Source of the DNA: a virus
Taxonomy: Duplodnaviria > Caudoviricetes
Strand: one strand, 5' to 3'
DNA: 64,000 bases
IMG/VR virus record: IMGVR_UViG_3300033070_001497
Span: 1 to 64,000 of that record
The position numbers and the translations under genes were made by a program. The notes below the pieces were generated by a model, which was given only the letters and a program-made list of their open reading frames with translations, made no database searches and had not been told where the DNA came from. This document shows positions 52,005-62,820 of the stretch, piece by piece. The number at the start of each line of letters is the position of its first letter. The first letter of the stretch is position 1.

Positions 52005-53536
52005 GCACCGAAAGGACCATACTTCCTCTGTTGGATCCGACCATCAAGGTCGATCCACTCATGATCGAGGACCAGGAATCCGACGAGGCCAGGGCCTCGC
52101 TTGCGGGTGGAGTAGACCCAGACCTTCTGAACGAGAACTCCGCTAGGGCCGGCGCATGGATGCCCATGGTCGCAGTCAGGTCGATCATGTTCGATAAGAC
52201 GGAGATCAAATACCTCAATGTGAGCCTTGGGTCGAAGATCCCAAGGGTGACTCTCACGATCAAGGACTCTGCGCAGAAGTTCAACATCAACTTTCCTCTC
52301 GATGGAGATGTGATCTCGGTCTACCTGCGCCCTCCGGACAAGGACAATCAGCGGCCGATAAGGATCGACTTCGACATACTCTCGATCAACTCCTCGCCAA
52401 GCACACAGAGCTACACGTTCAGCGGCATCATGAAGATCCCTGGATTCTTCGGCGAGGTGTGCCGCTCGTTTCCATCTGCAAGCAGCTTCGACCACCTGAT
52501 GGATGTCTGTGAATCGGTCGGCCTTGGATTCGCATCGAACGAGACGACCATGGACGATGCGATGAAGAGGATCTGTGCGTTCGAGACATACGAGACGTTC
52601 GTCTCACAGTCCGTCCAGAACTGCTTCAAGAACGATGACAGTTTCTTCACTTGGTTCATTGATCCATACTACTACCTCTGTCTGGTCAACGTCAACAAGC
52701 AGTTCTCGCTCGAGGACAAGCTGGATGAGATCAACCTGAGCTATTCGGTGCCATTGGCTGGCATCGAGGGCCAGCAGGGCACCCAAGACACCATCAAAGG
52801 GTCGTTGGTCCTAACCAACAAGCTCGAGATGAATGGAATGAACACCTTCATCGAGCAGTTCTCGCTCGAGAACAAGAGCGCAAATGTGTGGATCGAGAAT
52901 GGTTACAAGCGGCAAGTCCAGTACTACGACATGGAGGCCGACGATCCTACCTACGTCAGGAACTTCATCGATCCATTGACGACACCAGGATCTGAGAACG
53001 AACAGATCCTGATGAAGGGCAGGAGGGACGAGGACACGTACAAGCGATCGATCAAGTACAAATGGATCGGCAACCAGTTCTCTAACACCAACGGCGGCCA
53101 CGTCCATGACAACTACATCTTCGCCAGGGTGCTCAATTTCCAGAACCTGATGGAAGTCGAGAAGATGTCGCTCAAGGTCAATCTGGCTGGCATGAACTTC
53201 TACCTTTCGAAGTACGCTCGAGTGCCGGTATTGATCTACCAATCTGGCCAAAACTCCAAGAACGCCCAACTCCTGAAAAAGAGGGACGAGGACCTCGGTG
53301 AGACACACGATTCTGACCCAAACAAGACGCAAGCTTTCAACGCTGCATCCTCGGTTGGGCCTGATGGATCACAGGATGGCCTGAACCCAACCGATCAGGT
53401 CAAGAACGAGTTCCTGTCTGGGTACTACGTGATCAGTTCGATCGACTATAAATACACGCCGCCTGGGCCAGTCAAGCAGTCGCTGGTGTTGGTAAGAAGG
53501 GAATGGCCGATCCCAGCTAGGAACAAGGATGTCTAA
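52001..53536 (+). CDS. baseplate hub protein (gp27-like)
   Basis: Position; FLSGYYVISSIDYKY...LVRREWP. Confidence 0.6.
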   Translation: MSTERTILPLLDPTIKVDPLMIEDQESDEARASLAGGVDPDLLNENSARAGAWMPMVAVRSIMFDKTEIKYLNVSLGSKIPRVTLTIKDSAQKFNINFPLDGDVISVYLRPPDKDNQRPIRIDFDILSINSSPSTQSYTFSGIMKIPGFFGEVCRSFPSASSFDHLMDVCESVGLGFASNETTMDDAMKRICAFETYETFVSQSVQNCFKNDDSFFTWFIDPYYYLCLVNVNKQFSLEDKLDEINLSYSVPLAGIEGQQGTQDTIKGSLVLTNKLEMNGMNTFIEQFSLENKSANVWIENGYKRQVQYYDMEADDPTYVRNFIDPLTTPGSENEQILMKGRRDEDTYKRSIKYKWIGNQFSNTNGGHVHDNYIFARVLNFQNLMEVEKMSLKVNLAGMNFYLSKYARVPVLIYQSGQNSKNAQLLKKRDEDLGETHDSDPNKTQAFNAASSVGPDGSQDGLNPTDQVKNEFLSGYYVISSIDYKYTPPGPVKQSLVLVRREWPIPARNKDV

Positions 53537-56066
53537 CCAAGGATTCATAGACGGAGCCCTAAACAGGTTCGCGAAGACGAACTTGGCCTATGAGAACAAC
53601 CCTCTCATAGCCATCCAGGACCCAACTTACCTTGGGTTCAAGCTCATGTTCCTTTTCGACCAGCCGATGAGCGGGCTTCTGTCGACGGTCGACCACCCTA
53701 ACACCGCGATGGGTTACCTCTCAAGGATTGGGGACGACAACCGTGCGTACTACCTCTCACAGTTCGTGGATACCCTGAGAAGGATCAATGGCCATTGCCC
53801 ATGGTTCTTCCAATCGATCAGTGGATTAGATGAGGCATGGAAGCGTGGGTTCCATGAGGAAGAATTCAAATCTAGGCTGATCGATCGGAAGATCACGATC
53901 GGATGCCTTGAGAGCATCGACCTCAGGATGACTGCCCTGATGGATCTCTACCGGAAGGCCTGTTTCGATTGGAATTACTACCGCCAGGTTGTGCCATGGA
54001 ACCTAAGGACCTTCAGTGTCTATGTCTATGTCTATGAGTCGAGGACGATCAACCGAACAGGCACGCCCACCCGCGAAGTTGAGGGCCCGCCTTCTCCTAA
54101 TCCATCGATGACAGAGAGGATGCTCGGCAAGGAGATCCTTTCCGATTTCGATGATCCATCCCAGATCAACAACACCACGAATCGACTGCTTTTCAGGTTC
54201 GATCAGTGTGAGCTCATCCCAGACGATTCCTCAGGGATGCTCGAAAAGGTCGGCAACGATAAGATGGAGATGGCTTCTCAGAAGTTCAGCTTCTCCTACC
54301 GCCGCGTCTATGAGGAGAACCTGTACAACTTGTTCTCCGATCGGTTGCTATCTGATGAGATGATAGGCAACCTCGATAAGGCTGCGTTGGATGACTCTGA
54401 GATCATAGGCGGTTACGCCCTCAACTCTCCTGACAACCCTACGCCTGGCAAGATAGATCCGAAGACATTCAAGGACAAGCTCAAGGAACAGGTCGATAAG
54501 TTCAAGGAGAAGGCTAAAGCGAAGTTGGATGCTTTGGGCAACGTGTTCGATCAGGACACAGTCCTTAAGACAGTGGAGGATCAGCTTCTTGCAAGGGCCA
54601 AGAACTTGGTCGGTAGCCAAGTCGGTAAAGCTATACTAGGCAATGTGTATGGTTTCTCCCCAGGAGGAATCGTTGCAGCCGCTGGCGCTGGGATCGATGG
54701 GCTTGTACAGCAAGCGATCACCACCGCTGGTGGGCCTGGCGCATCGTTCACGAACACGATCGATAAGCCTAGCGGACAGTACTTCGATGAGGTCACGAAC
54801 AATCAGGTCACCACGCCTAACGGCAATGTGGCTACTGGCCCATCGCTCAATAACGTCCTTGAGATCGCGAACGGTGAATCGAATGGCGGCGCCTCGTTGG
54901 CCAACGTGCTAGAACAGGCCAGCGGTGAGCTGACAGATGGACCATCAGCCGATAACATCGAAGGCTCTGCCACCGGCGAGATCCAGGAAGGAGAATCGCC
55001 TTCAAACGTCAACATGGATCCGCCTCCTGGCTCTCTTACAGGAGAATCAGCCGCAAATACCGAGGGCGAACCCGCTGGAGAGGTCGGTGGCGGCCCGTCG
55101 ACCTCTAACACCGAAGGAATACCTACTGGTACCGTTGGAGGCGGCGAATCACTCTCTAACATCACCGAGGAGGCCTCTGGCAGGATCCAGGACGGTCAAA
55201 GCGTCGGCAATAAGACCACCCTTGCTGGAGGCAAGATCCAGGAAGGACAGTCTGTTGGCAACTCGCTTACTGACGCATCCGGTAAGATCCAGGATGGCCA
55301 ATCGGCCTCGAATGTCGAGCAGGAACCGGCTTCGAGCGGCTACTCTGGCGTATCGGCTGAATCCGGAAAGGCAAGCGGAAGCATCCAACCCGGCCAATCG
55401 GTCGGAAACGTAGAACAGGAGCCTACCCCATCTGACTACTCGGGCGCATCCACAGAGAACAAAGAGAGGGATGCCTCGGGACAAATCCAAGACGGACAAT
55501 CCGTTTCGAACCGCAATGGCATCCCAGATCCAAGCCCAATCCATGGCGAATCGGTCAAAAACACCGTACAACAAGGAGGAGGACAGATCTATGAGGGAAG
55601 CAGCACATCGAATCAGCTCACCGAAGCGAACGGCGAATTGCCTGACGGCCCATCGCGCCTGAATAGGACAGACGAGGATCCTATCGGCAAATCCCAGACT
55701 GGTGCATCTCTGGAGAACAAGATCGGGTTGGCGCATGGAAGCGTCGCCACTGGGCCTTCACTATCCAACCAGGACGTTTTCCATTCGAAGGCCAATCTCA
55801 ACGACGCGGAAGGCATCCCAGGCGGCAACCCAGTCAAGGATCGGTTCGAGCCATCTATGAACAACAAGACTGAGGATCTTCTCAGGTCATCGATCCAGGA
55901 TGGCCCTTCTGGACTCAACCGTCTTTCGGAAAGAGGCTTGACCGACAAAGGCGGAGATCAACCGTCGGAAGCCAATGGCACCGAATCGATCAATGAACGG
56001 ATAGCAGACGGTCCATCGAAAGGAAACTCGTTGGGGCCTCCTCCACATGAGAACGTGAACCGCTGA
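53529..56066 (+). CDS. tail-tube-like protein with a long repetitive acidic C-terminus
   Basis: DPTYLGF...PWFFQSISGLD...CLESIDLR N-domain; ~18-aa G.IQDGQS..N repeats. Confidence 0.65.
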   Translation: MSNQGFIDGALNRFAKTNLAYENNPLIAIQDPTYLGFKLMFLFDQPMSGLLSTVDHPNTAMGYLSRIGDDNRAYYLSQFVDTLRRINGHCPWFFQSISGLDEAWKRGFHEEEFKSRLIDRKITIGCLESIDLRMTALMDLYRKACFDWNYYRQVVPWNLRTFSVYVYVYESRTINRTGTPTREVEGPPSPNPSMTERMLGKEILSDFDDPSQINNTTNRLLFRFDQCELIPDDSSGMLEKVGNDKMEMASQKFSFSYRRVYEENLYNLFSDRLLSDEMIGNLDKAALDDSEIIGGYALNSPDNPTPGKIDPKTFKDKLKEQVDKFKEKAKAKLDALGNVFDQDTVLKTVEDQLLARAKNLVGSQVGKAILGNVYGFSPGGIVAAAGAGIDGLVQQAITTAGGPGASFTNTIDKPSGQYFDEVTNNQVTTPNGNVATGPSLNNVLEIANGESNGGASLANVLEQASGELTDGPSADNIEGSATGEIQEGESPSNVNMDPPPGSLTGESAANTEGEPAGEVGGGPSTSNTEGIPTGTVGGGESLSNITEEASGRIQDGQSVGNKTTLAGGKIQEGQSVGNSLTDASGKIQDGQSASNVEQEPASSGYSGVSAESGKASGSIQPGQSVGNVEQEPTPSDYSGASTENKERDASGQIQDGQSVSNRNGIPDPSPIHGESVKNTVQQGGGQIYEGSSTSNQLTEANGELPDGPSRLNRTDEDPIGKSQTGASLENKIGLAHGSVATGPSLSNQDVFHSKANLNDAEGIPGGNPVKDRFEPSMNNKTEDLLRSSIQDGPSGLNRLSERGLTDKGGDQPSEANGTESINERIADGPSKGNSLGPPPHENVNR

Positions 56067-56824
56067 TGGAAACCTACCGCGATAACCTACACACGACATC
56101 TTGGCTAGGGGAGGTAGTTGATGTCAACGACCCGCTGAAGATCGGACGAATCAGGGCCAAGGTCTTTGGAAAGTTCGACGAGCTGAACACTGAGGACATC
56201 CCATGGGCCACCCCTGCGACGTCATGGTCAGGTGGCAGCGGCACAGGAGGCGGCTCATTCTCGGTCCCAAAGAAAGGATCGATCGTCGCGATCCAATTCA
56301 ACAATGGTGACCTATACCATCCGGAGTATAGGTTCAACCAGAACCTATCGAAAGAGGTCAAAGATCTGATCAAGGATTCGTACACGAATGCCCATGTCGT
56401 GGTCTATGACACCGTAACCGACGGTGGCATGAAGGTCTACTTCACGGAGAAAGATGGGCTGATGATCGATTACAAGTCGACGAAGCTGAACATCAAGCCG
56501 GACAATTCTATCAGCATAAAGAACCCGAATGGCGATGAGGTCGAGATGAAGAACAACGGCAACATCACGATCAACGTCGAAAAGACCGCGAAGATCAAGT
56601 GCATGGATGCTAAGATTGTAGCACAGAACTCGATCCATTTGGACTGTTCGAAAGCCGCATCCATCAAGCTGGGATCAGTTGCTACCAATTCGATCATCCT
56701 AGGAGAACCTTTCCTTGCTCTGTTCAACGCACACGTCCATGTAGGCAACCTCATGTACCCTACTAGCCCTCCTATAACGCCAGCACCAGCATCTCTTCTC
56801 AGTCTGGTTTCAAAGACCCAATGA
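56066..56824 (+). CDS. baseplate central spike (gp5 OB-fold)
   Basis: WLGEVVDVNDPLKIGRIRAKVFG...IPWA...SVPKKGS.V.I.F.NGD..HP; C-terminal HVHVG. Confidence 0.85.
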   Translation: METYRDNLHTTSWLGEVVDVNDPLKIGRIRAKVFGKFDELNTEDIPWATPATSWSGGSGTGGGSFSVPKKGSIVAIQFNNGDLYHPEYRFNQNLSKEVKDLIKDSYTNAHVVVYDTVTDGGMKVYFTEKDGLMIDYKSTKLNIKPDNSISIKNPNGDEVEMKNNGNITINVEKTAKIKCMDAKIVAQNSIHLDCSKAASIKLGSVATNSIILGEPFLALFNAHVHVGNLMYPTSPPITPAPASLLSLVSKTQ

Positions 56825-56825
56825 C

Positions 56826-57287
56826 ATGCCGCTAGACAAAGACCAACTGAAAGAGAGCATCAAAACCGACCTCTCGACGACGATCGCCCAGAGCTTGACC
56901 GAAACACAGGAAGCGCTGTCAATTGCACTGAAAGACTCCGATGGTGGTTTCTATTCTGCGCTTACTAACATCAAGAATCGGGCCGAAGCGTTGGCTGGAA
57001 CCGATGTTTCACAATTCGTTCCAGCAGTTCAACTGATCGTTTCAGAGGAGTTCGCAAAGACCATCTCAAAGAAGATCGTCGAGGCTCTCAATTCAACTTG
57101 GGTAGAAAAGGTCAGTGAAGCCTTAGCGAAGTGCATATCGACTCGGATAGACGAGTACATCAAGAGCGCAGAAATCAGGGTACCTCCTGGCGCATCAGTC
57201 TATGTTCCTCCTCCATCAACTGGAGTCGGTGCAAGCGCAGGCCAAGCCTATGTCCAAGGAATTTCGAACCCTGCGACTATTAGGTGA
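56826..57287 (+). CDS. hypothetical baseplate-region protein
   Basis: MPLDKDQLK...IDEYIKSAEI. Confidence 0.7.
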   Translation: MPLDKDQLKESIKTDLSTTIAQSLTETQEALSIALKDSDGGFYSALTNIKNRAEALAGTDVSQFVPAVQLIVSEEFAKTISKKIVEALNSTWVEKVSEALAKCISTRIDEYIKSAEIRVPPGASVYVPPPSTGVGASAGQAYVQGISNPATIR

Positions 57288-57319
57288 GATAGATACTTAC
57301 CACTTCTAAAGGGAACTAC

Positions 57320-58552
57320 ATGAATCGTCCGGCAATCCGGAAATCGACGGCTCCACAACTAGAGAGCCTCCTGGCCAGCTACAAGGTCAAGCTTGAAACT
57401 ACCGAGAATCCAATGTTGCCACCGGCAATAGACTGGGATGCGTTAAGCGCCCAATCTGGGAAGAGGCTGGCCAACAACGTGAGGGTCAAGCGTCACAGAG
57501 GAGATGAGAAGACCCAGATCTTCTGCCATGAGCCTTACGCCCAGGAGCTGTACGAAGCTTACTTCGGTGAGCTCGTTGGCCTAGTGGAACCGAAGGTCAA
57601 CGCAGTAGTCAAGGGAAAGGTCATCTCTTGCAACGCCAAGACCGCATCGATCGACATCGGATGGCGTGAGGAAGCGATGATCGATCTTGGCCGCGAGGAC
57701 AAGTCGTACCTTCCTTACATCGAAACAGGGAACGAGTTCGAGGTCATCGTGGAAAAGGTAGATCCGAACGGAAAGAAGCCGGTGATCGTCTCGCTCACGA
57801 AGATGGTGAAGCGACGCAACGAAGAGGAGCTGATGAATTCCATCGGAAGCCGTGTCGCTTTCCCTGGCAAGGTCGAAAGCATGATCCAGAACGCCGGCTA
57901 CTACGTCGACATCTCTGGGATCAGGTGCTTCATGCCAGGATCGTTGGGTGGCATGAACAAGATCGTCAACTTCGAATCCCTCGTCGGCAAGGAGCTCTAC
58001 GTAGTTCCTATCGTCTATTCGAAGGAGAAGGAGTGCATCGTTGTCTCACACCGCAAATACCTGGAATCGTTGATTCCGGGTGAAGTCGAGAAACTCATCG
58101 TGGGCCAACGCTACGACGGGTTCGTGACTGGCACCAGCGTGCATGGCATCTTCGTCGAGTTCAATGGCTGCCTCACTGGCCTGATCTCAAAGTCAGACAT
58201 GTCAGAAGAGGTCACGGAGCTCTTCAGCAATGGCAGGATCAAACCAGGTGACACCATCAATTTCTTCCTGAAGGAGATATTGGAAGACAATCGATTGGTT
58301 CTCTCGATCAACCCAGTTGAACCGTCTCCTTGGGAGACGATCGAGGACCGGCTGAAGCTCAACACGAAAGTGAGCGGAAAGGTCAAGAAGATCACCAAGT
58401 TCGGTGTGTTCATCGAGCTCGAGCCTAAGATCGTTGGCCTTTTGCACCGGTCTTACCTCGATGAGGCGGATGTGTTCGAGGTCGGCCAGACCGCTGACGC
58501 GGTCGTGGTCAAGATCGATGTTCCAGGCAAGAAAGTATACCTGGCAAGCTGA
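57320..58552 (+). CDS. ribosomal protein S1-like protein (four S1 domains)
   Basis: CFMPGSL...IVVSHRKYL, HGIFVEFNGCLTGLI, KFGVFIELEPKIVGLLH. Confidence 0.82.
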   Translation: MNRPAIRKSTAPQLESLLASYKVKLETTENPMLPPAIDWDALSAQSGKRLANNVRVKRHRGDEKTQIFCHEPYAQELYEAYFGELVGLVEPKVNAVVKGKVISCNAKTASIDIGWREEAMIDLGREDKSYLPYIETGNEFEVIVEKVDPNGKKPVIVSLTKMVKRRNEEELMNSIGSRVAFPGKVESMIQNAGYYVDISGIRCFMPGSLGGMNKIVNFESLVGKELYVVPIVYSKEKECIVVSHRKYLESLIPGEVEKLIVGQRYDGFVTGTSVHGIFVEFNGCLTGLISKSDMSEEVTELFSNGRIKPGDTINFFLKEILEDNRLVLSINPVEPSPWETIEDRLKLNTKVSGKVKKITKFGVFIELEPKIVGLLHRSYLDEADVFEVGQTADAVVVKIDVPGKKVYLAS

Positions 58553-58650
58553 TGGTAGTAGCATCATTCATCCTGGGCGCAATCCTAGGAGCGGCTGTGA
58601 TCGGGTATGTCATCATCCGGTTGATCAACGAACAGGGTCCGAATTTCTGA
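58552..58650 (+). CDS. 32-aa single-pass membrane peptide
   Basis: MVVASFILGAILGAAVIGYVIIRLINEQGPNF, coupled to the S1 stop. Confidence 0.45.
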   Translation: MVVASFILGAILGAAVIGYVIIRLINEQGPNF

Positions 58651-58664
58651 TCAATAGATAGCCG

Positions 58665-59915
58665 GTGAACACCCGGCCATCCCCAATCGATTTTACCGAT
58701 CCAAGGATCGTTTTCAGGTTCTCATGTGAGTTTCTGCATGGCGATCCGCTCGTGGGTCGAATCACGGAAGCCATCGGCCTCCATGTCATCAAGCAGGGCC
58801 AGCCCAACCCATACCAAGCCAGGCTCACCAAGTTAGGCAAGGAGCGGTGGAAACTCAGCACCGGTTTCATGGATTACTCCCACGGGAGGCTTAGCATGAT
58901 CAACACGATGAGGTGGTTGGCCGAGTCATCGAAGACCGATAGCCACTGTGGGATGGTCCTCGATTTCAGCGCGTTCGATGGAAAGAACAACGTCACGTAT
59001 CGCGTCGATCCTATGAAAACAGTGCTAGGGTTCGATGATCGGTTGGCGCTCGAATCGTTCTCGGAGACGAGCCATGCTCCACAATCGATGAGGACTGCGA
59101 TCGATCGCCTCAACATGAGCCAATCGTCGCCGATCTATGGATGCGGAATTTCCCTTGGGTCAGAACATGGAACGGACTTCACAAGGGTCAAGGATGGATA
59201 TGTCAGGGTGAAGTACATCGGCGGCGAATCTTACCCACAGAAGCTTTCTGAGGGGTTGGCCATCGTCGAGAGCATCGCTAAGTGCATATCCGAAGGATAC
59301 CGATCCCCGGGCGTATACAACGAGTCTGAGAGGTCAACGTTCATCAGGATGGTGAGCGAATCGACTTCGATCAAGGGATCCTGTGCGGATTACCAGACTT
59401 TCAGGCAACGGTACCCGGAGATGAGACTCCGAACCAACATGTCAGACAACCCAAGGGAGCTGTCGGCGATGTTCAACCGGTTCAAGCCTTTGCTCATTTC
59501 GCTGTTGGAAGGATGCGAGATCGATGGCAATGAAGCGGAGATAAACTACGACAGCGATCGTGGGATGCTACAGATCAAAGAGGCCAAGCTCACCGTCAAA
59601 TCGATCGAAAGGATAGACCTTCTAGATTGCACGATCAAAGGTGGCAGGCTCCACAAATGCCAACTGTTCGAGTGTGAGTGCAAGTCATCCACGCTGAGCT
59701 GTTGCTACACGAAAGAAACGTCGGTCAAGAACTGCACAGCGGTCGATTGCTACCTGGACCTATTCAGTGAGATCAACGAATCGATCATCGATGGCCGCAT
59801 CACCGAGATCAAATGCTCGGTCGAGAAGTCTGCGATCAGGAACGGCCGGATCGGAAAGAGAGCCAAGATCGATGCGCTCACTGAGATCTACGAAAATGTG
59901 ACCAAGGAACAATGA
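58665..59915 (+). CDS. degenerate amidoligase-like protein with beta-helix tail
   Basis: TDSHCGMVLDFS, VKYIGGESY; Cys/Ile-rich repeats. Confidence 0.55.
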   Translation: MNTRPSPIDFTDPRIVFRFSCEFLHGDPLVGRITEAIGLHVIKQGQPNPYQARLTKLGKERWKLSTGFMDYSHGRLSMINTMRWLAESSKTDSHCGMVLDFSAFDGKNNVTYRVDPMKTVLGFDDRLALESFSETSHAPQSMRTAIDRLNMSQSSPIYGCGISLGSEHGTDFTRVKDGYVRVKYIGGESYPQKLSEGLAIVESIAKCISEGYRSPGVYNESERSTFIRMVSESTSIKGSCADYQTFRQRYPEMRLRTNMSDNPRELSAMFNRFKPLLISLLEGCEIDGNEAEINYDSDRGMLQIKEAKLTVKSIERIDLLDCTIKGGRLHKCQLFECECKSSTLSCCYTKETSVKNCTAVDCYLDLFSEINESIIDGRITEIKCSVEKSAIRNGRIGKRAKIDALTEIYENVTKEQ

Positions 59916-60670
59916 CACTCACGCCGACAACCCAAGAATTCATCGAGAGGGTCAAGCAGGAGCTGACTGTCGCTTGTGCGGTGCCGTTCGATCTCAAGGC
60001 CAAGGAGATCACTAGGCTGATCGAAGATGCGTATGGGTGGTTCACTTACTCATACGAGGATTCGGTTGAGGATCGGCTCTACGTCATACCAGTCTCGTCT
60101 TTCTCGGTCCCTCTGTTCAAGGCTAAGCGAGTCCTGCCGCTGCCCACCTGTGTGGTGGCTGTGAATGGGGTAAAGAAGCTTCGGGAGGATTTCCTGCCAT
60201 CCTTCTCGTTCGATGGCACCACGGACATCACGGCCGAGAAAGTGATCTTCAAGGATTCTGCCAACCTTGGCTATGGATCGGAATCCCTGATGTACTACGC
60301 GCTCAACCTCTATTGGATCGATCTGGCATCCCACATCCTCAACCACACGGTCTCCTGGACGTTCAACAAGAACACCGGGCTGCTCTTCTTCGGTGGAGAG
60401 ACGCCTAACCGGGACATCGTGGTCCAGTGCCAAACCAAGATCCCGCTGGATGATCTGATGAAGGACCATCTTTTCTACCGCTATGTGGTGGCCAAGGCCA
60501 AGATCCAGCTCTCCAGGATGATAGGAACGTTCGATTTCTCACTCGTCGGCAACGTGAAGATCAACTACGAGCTCGTAAGGGAAGAGGGCAAGGAGGAGCT
60601 ACAGGAGGTCAAGGATCGGATCAAGGGCGACAACGCCATGGACTTCTTCTTTACCAGTGGCGGCGGTTGA
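59912..60670 (+). CDS. neck/head-completion protein (T4 gp13-like)
   Basis: YRYVVAKAKIQL...LVGNVKINYE...EGKEEL. Confidence 0.7.
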   Translation: MTLTPTTQEFIERVKQELTVACAVPFDLKAKEITRLIEDAYGWFTYSYEDSVEDRLYVIPVSSFSVPLFKAKRVLPLPTCVVAVNGVKKLREDFLPSFSFDGTTDITAEKVIFKDSANLGYGSESLMYYALNLYWIDLASHILNHTVSWTFNKNTGLLFFGGETPNRDIVVQCQTKIPLDDLMKDHLFYRYVVAKAKIQLSRMIGTFDFSLVGNVKINYELVREEGKEELQEVKDRIKGDNAMDFFFTSGGG

Positions 60671-60688
60671 TTGTCCAATAGATAGGAC

Positions 60689-61057
60689 GTGCCAATCGAT
60701 TTCTATTTCAGGATGCCAGAGGATCCTAACTACTCGAGCTACGAGACGGAGGTGGCCGAGGAGCTGGACCAATTCTTGCAGCAGGTCGAGATGATCCTGA
60801 CCACCCGGAAGGGCCAGGTCCTTGGAGAGCCGAAGTTCGGGGCCAACCTCGAGGATTTCCTGTGGAACTACAGGGCCTCGTCTTACCAGATCGAGAACGA
60901 GGTCAAGTCCCAGATCGAAACTTGGTGCAGCGAGCTCGGACAGAAGTTCAGCTACAAAGTCGAGGCAAGCTTCATCCCAGGTGACATAAGCGACTCGATC
61001 CTCGTCGATATCACCATCGACGGAACAAAAGTCCTAGGGATAGGAGTGAGACCATGA
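60689..61057 (+). CDS. baseplate wedge gp25-like protein
   Basis: ILTTRKGQVLGEPKFGANLEDFLW. Confidence 0.82.
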   Translation: MPIDFYFRMPEDPNYSSYETEVAEELDQFLQQVEMILTTRKGQVLGEPKFGANLEDFLWNYRASSYQIENEVKSQIETWCSELGQKFSYKVEASFIPGDISDSILVDITIDGTKVLGIGVRP

Positions 61058-62820
61058 ACATCCTGAACCCGCACAGAATAAAATACTCCGAGGTAGAGTC
61101 GGACGTGCATGGCTACCTTGGCAAGACTTACGCCCAGAAGCGATCGGTTTTCTCCGTCGCTTCCGTGTACGGCCAGATCCTGAAGGTGCTCAAGTCATTC
61201 TGGCAGCTGCTCATGCTCATGTTAGAAGACTCGATCGTCGAGAACAACATCTACACCGCTTCAAAGCAGAGGGCGATCTATGGCCTTTCCAGGCTAGCTG
61301 GCCACAACCCCACCAGGGCTCTGTCGGCCCAAGGCACGATAAGGATGAAGATCAAGGCGAGCGCCCTGGCTGATCTGAACGCCTCTTACATCGATATCGT
61401 CGATCGGACAACTCTCAAGTGCACAGACAACGGCCTCCCTTATTTCATCCAGCTCGGAGAATCCCTGGACTCGATCAGGATCAACATCTCTGACAGGGAA
61501 TTTCACCGAGTGACGATCGTCCAGGGCAAGGTGGAATCACAATCCCTGATCGGCACCGGACAGGCACTGCAATCGTTCAACATCAAGGCCAAGAAACCGA
61601 TAGAGAATGAGCTAGTCTTCGTCAAGGTGAACGGCGTGCCCTATGAGGTGGTCGATTCTCTCTACGACATGAGGAAGGGAGAGAACCTTTGTATAGTCAA
61701 GACCAGCGTCATCGATGGAATTGACCTGACATTTGGAAACGAGGACTATGGAGTCATCCCTCCATTGGGCTCGCTGATCACCGTCGAATACGTGACATCG
61801 GATGGTTTCGAAGGCAACATCTACAGCAAATCCGATAGGATCGAATTCAAGTGGGATGGCGAAGCGATCACCGACACCGGCGAACAGGTTGACCTGAACG
61901 AGGTCCTCGACGTTTTCATCGATAAGCCGATCGTCCTAGGCGCTGACAACGAGCCAATCGAACTCACAAAGCTCATTGCACCGAAGACATCGAGGTCTTA
62001 CGTTCTGGCTAACCCAGACAACTATGTGAATCTCCTCTCCAGGTTCAACTACTCGTATGTCGATGCTTACACGACGTTCGACGACGATTACCTGGACGAT
62101 GACAACGTCGTCTACCTTTTCCTGATCCCTGACCTGTCAAGACGGCTGGAAAAGAACACTGACTACTACACCACGCCATTGACTTCGTTCTATCTCGACA
62201 CAGACGAGAAGGATGCGCTGGTCTCGTGGATCCACCAATCCGGTAGGATGATCGCTTCGACTGAGCTCCAGATCGTAGACCCGATCGTCAAGAAGTATGC
62301 ACTCAACATCTTCCTACGGATCTTCGATTGGGCAGATGCTTCGACGGCGAGGTCAATGGCGATCTCCAAGGTGACTGACTACATGCTCACGGTCAACCGC
62401 CGAGACAAGATCCCGAAGTCAGACCTCATCGCCATCCTCGAGGGAATCAAGGGAATCGATTCGGTGCACGTCAATTTTGTCTCTGAGGAGAACGAAAAGG
62501 CGATCATCGATGGGTGGTACACGAAGCGAAGCTACCAGACTGATCGGATCCGTGGGCTCAAGACGTTGGTGGAGACCAGAGTCAATCTGACAGATGGAGA
62601 TGACCCAAGGCTTGGACTGGATGATTTTGGCGACATCAAGATCGGACTAAACGAGATGCCGCTCTTCCGAGGAGGATGGTACGATCGATTCGGCGCCTAC
62701 TACGACGATGGACTCACCGACCACAACAGCTGTTCCGTCAATGTGGTCATCAAGGAAGTGATACAGGACAGCGTGGCTAAGAGGATCGCGGCGAAGAACA
62801 AGGAAGCGCTCAAGAGATGA
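61054..62820 (+). CDS. baseplate wedge gp6-like protein
   Basis: TASKQRAIYGL.RL.GHNP, FGNEDYGVIPP.GS.ITVEY..SDG..GN, GAD.E. Confidence 0.78.
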   Translation: MNILNPHRIKYSEVESDVHGYLGKTYAQKRSVFSVASVYGQILKVLKSFWQLLMLMLEDSIVENNIYTASKQRAIYGLSRLAGHNPTRALSAQGTIRMKIKASALADLNASYIDIVDRTTLKCTDNGLPYFIQLGESLDSIRINISDREFHRVTIVQGKVESQSLIGTGQALQSFNIKAKKPIENELVFVKVNGVPYEVVDSLYDMRKGENLCIVKTSVIDGIDLTFGNEDYGVIPPLGSLITVEYVTSDGFEGNIYSKSDRIEFKWDGEAITDTGEQVDLNEVLDVFIDKPIVLGADNEPIELTKLIAPKTSRSYVLANPDNYVNLLSRFNYSYVDAYTTFDDDYLDDDNVVYLFLIPDLSRRLEKNTDYYTTPLTSFYLDTDEKDALVSWIHQSGRMIASTELQIVDPIVKKYALNIFLRIFDWADASTARSMAISKVTDYMLTVNRRDKIPKSDLIAILEGIKGIDSVHVNFVSEENEKAIIDGWYTKRSYQTDRIRGLKTLVETRVNLTDGDDPRLGLDDFGDIKIGLNEMPLFRGGWYDRFGAYYDDGLTDHNSCSVNVVIKEVIQDSVAKRIAAKNKEALKR

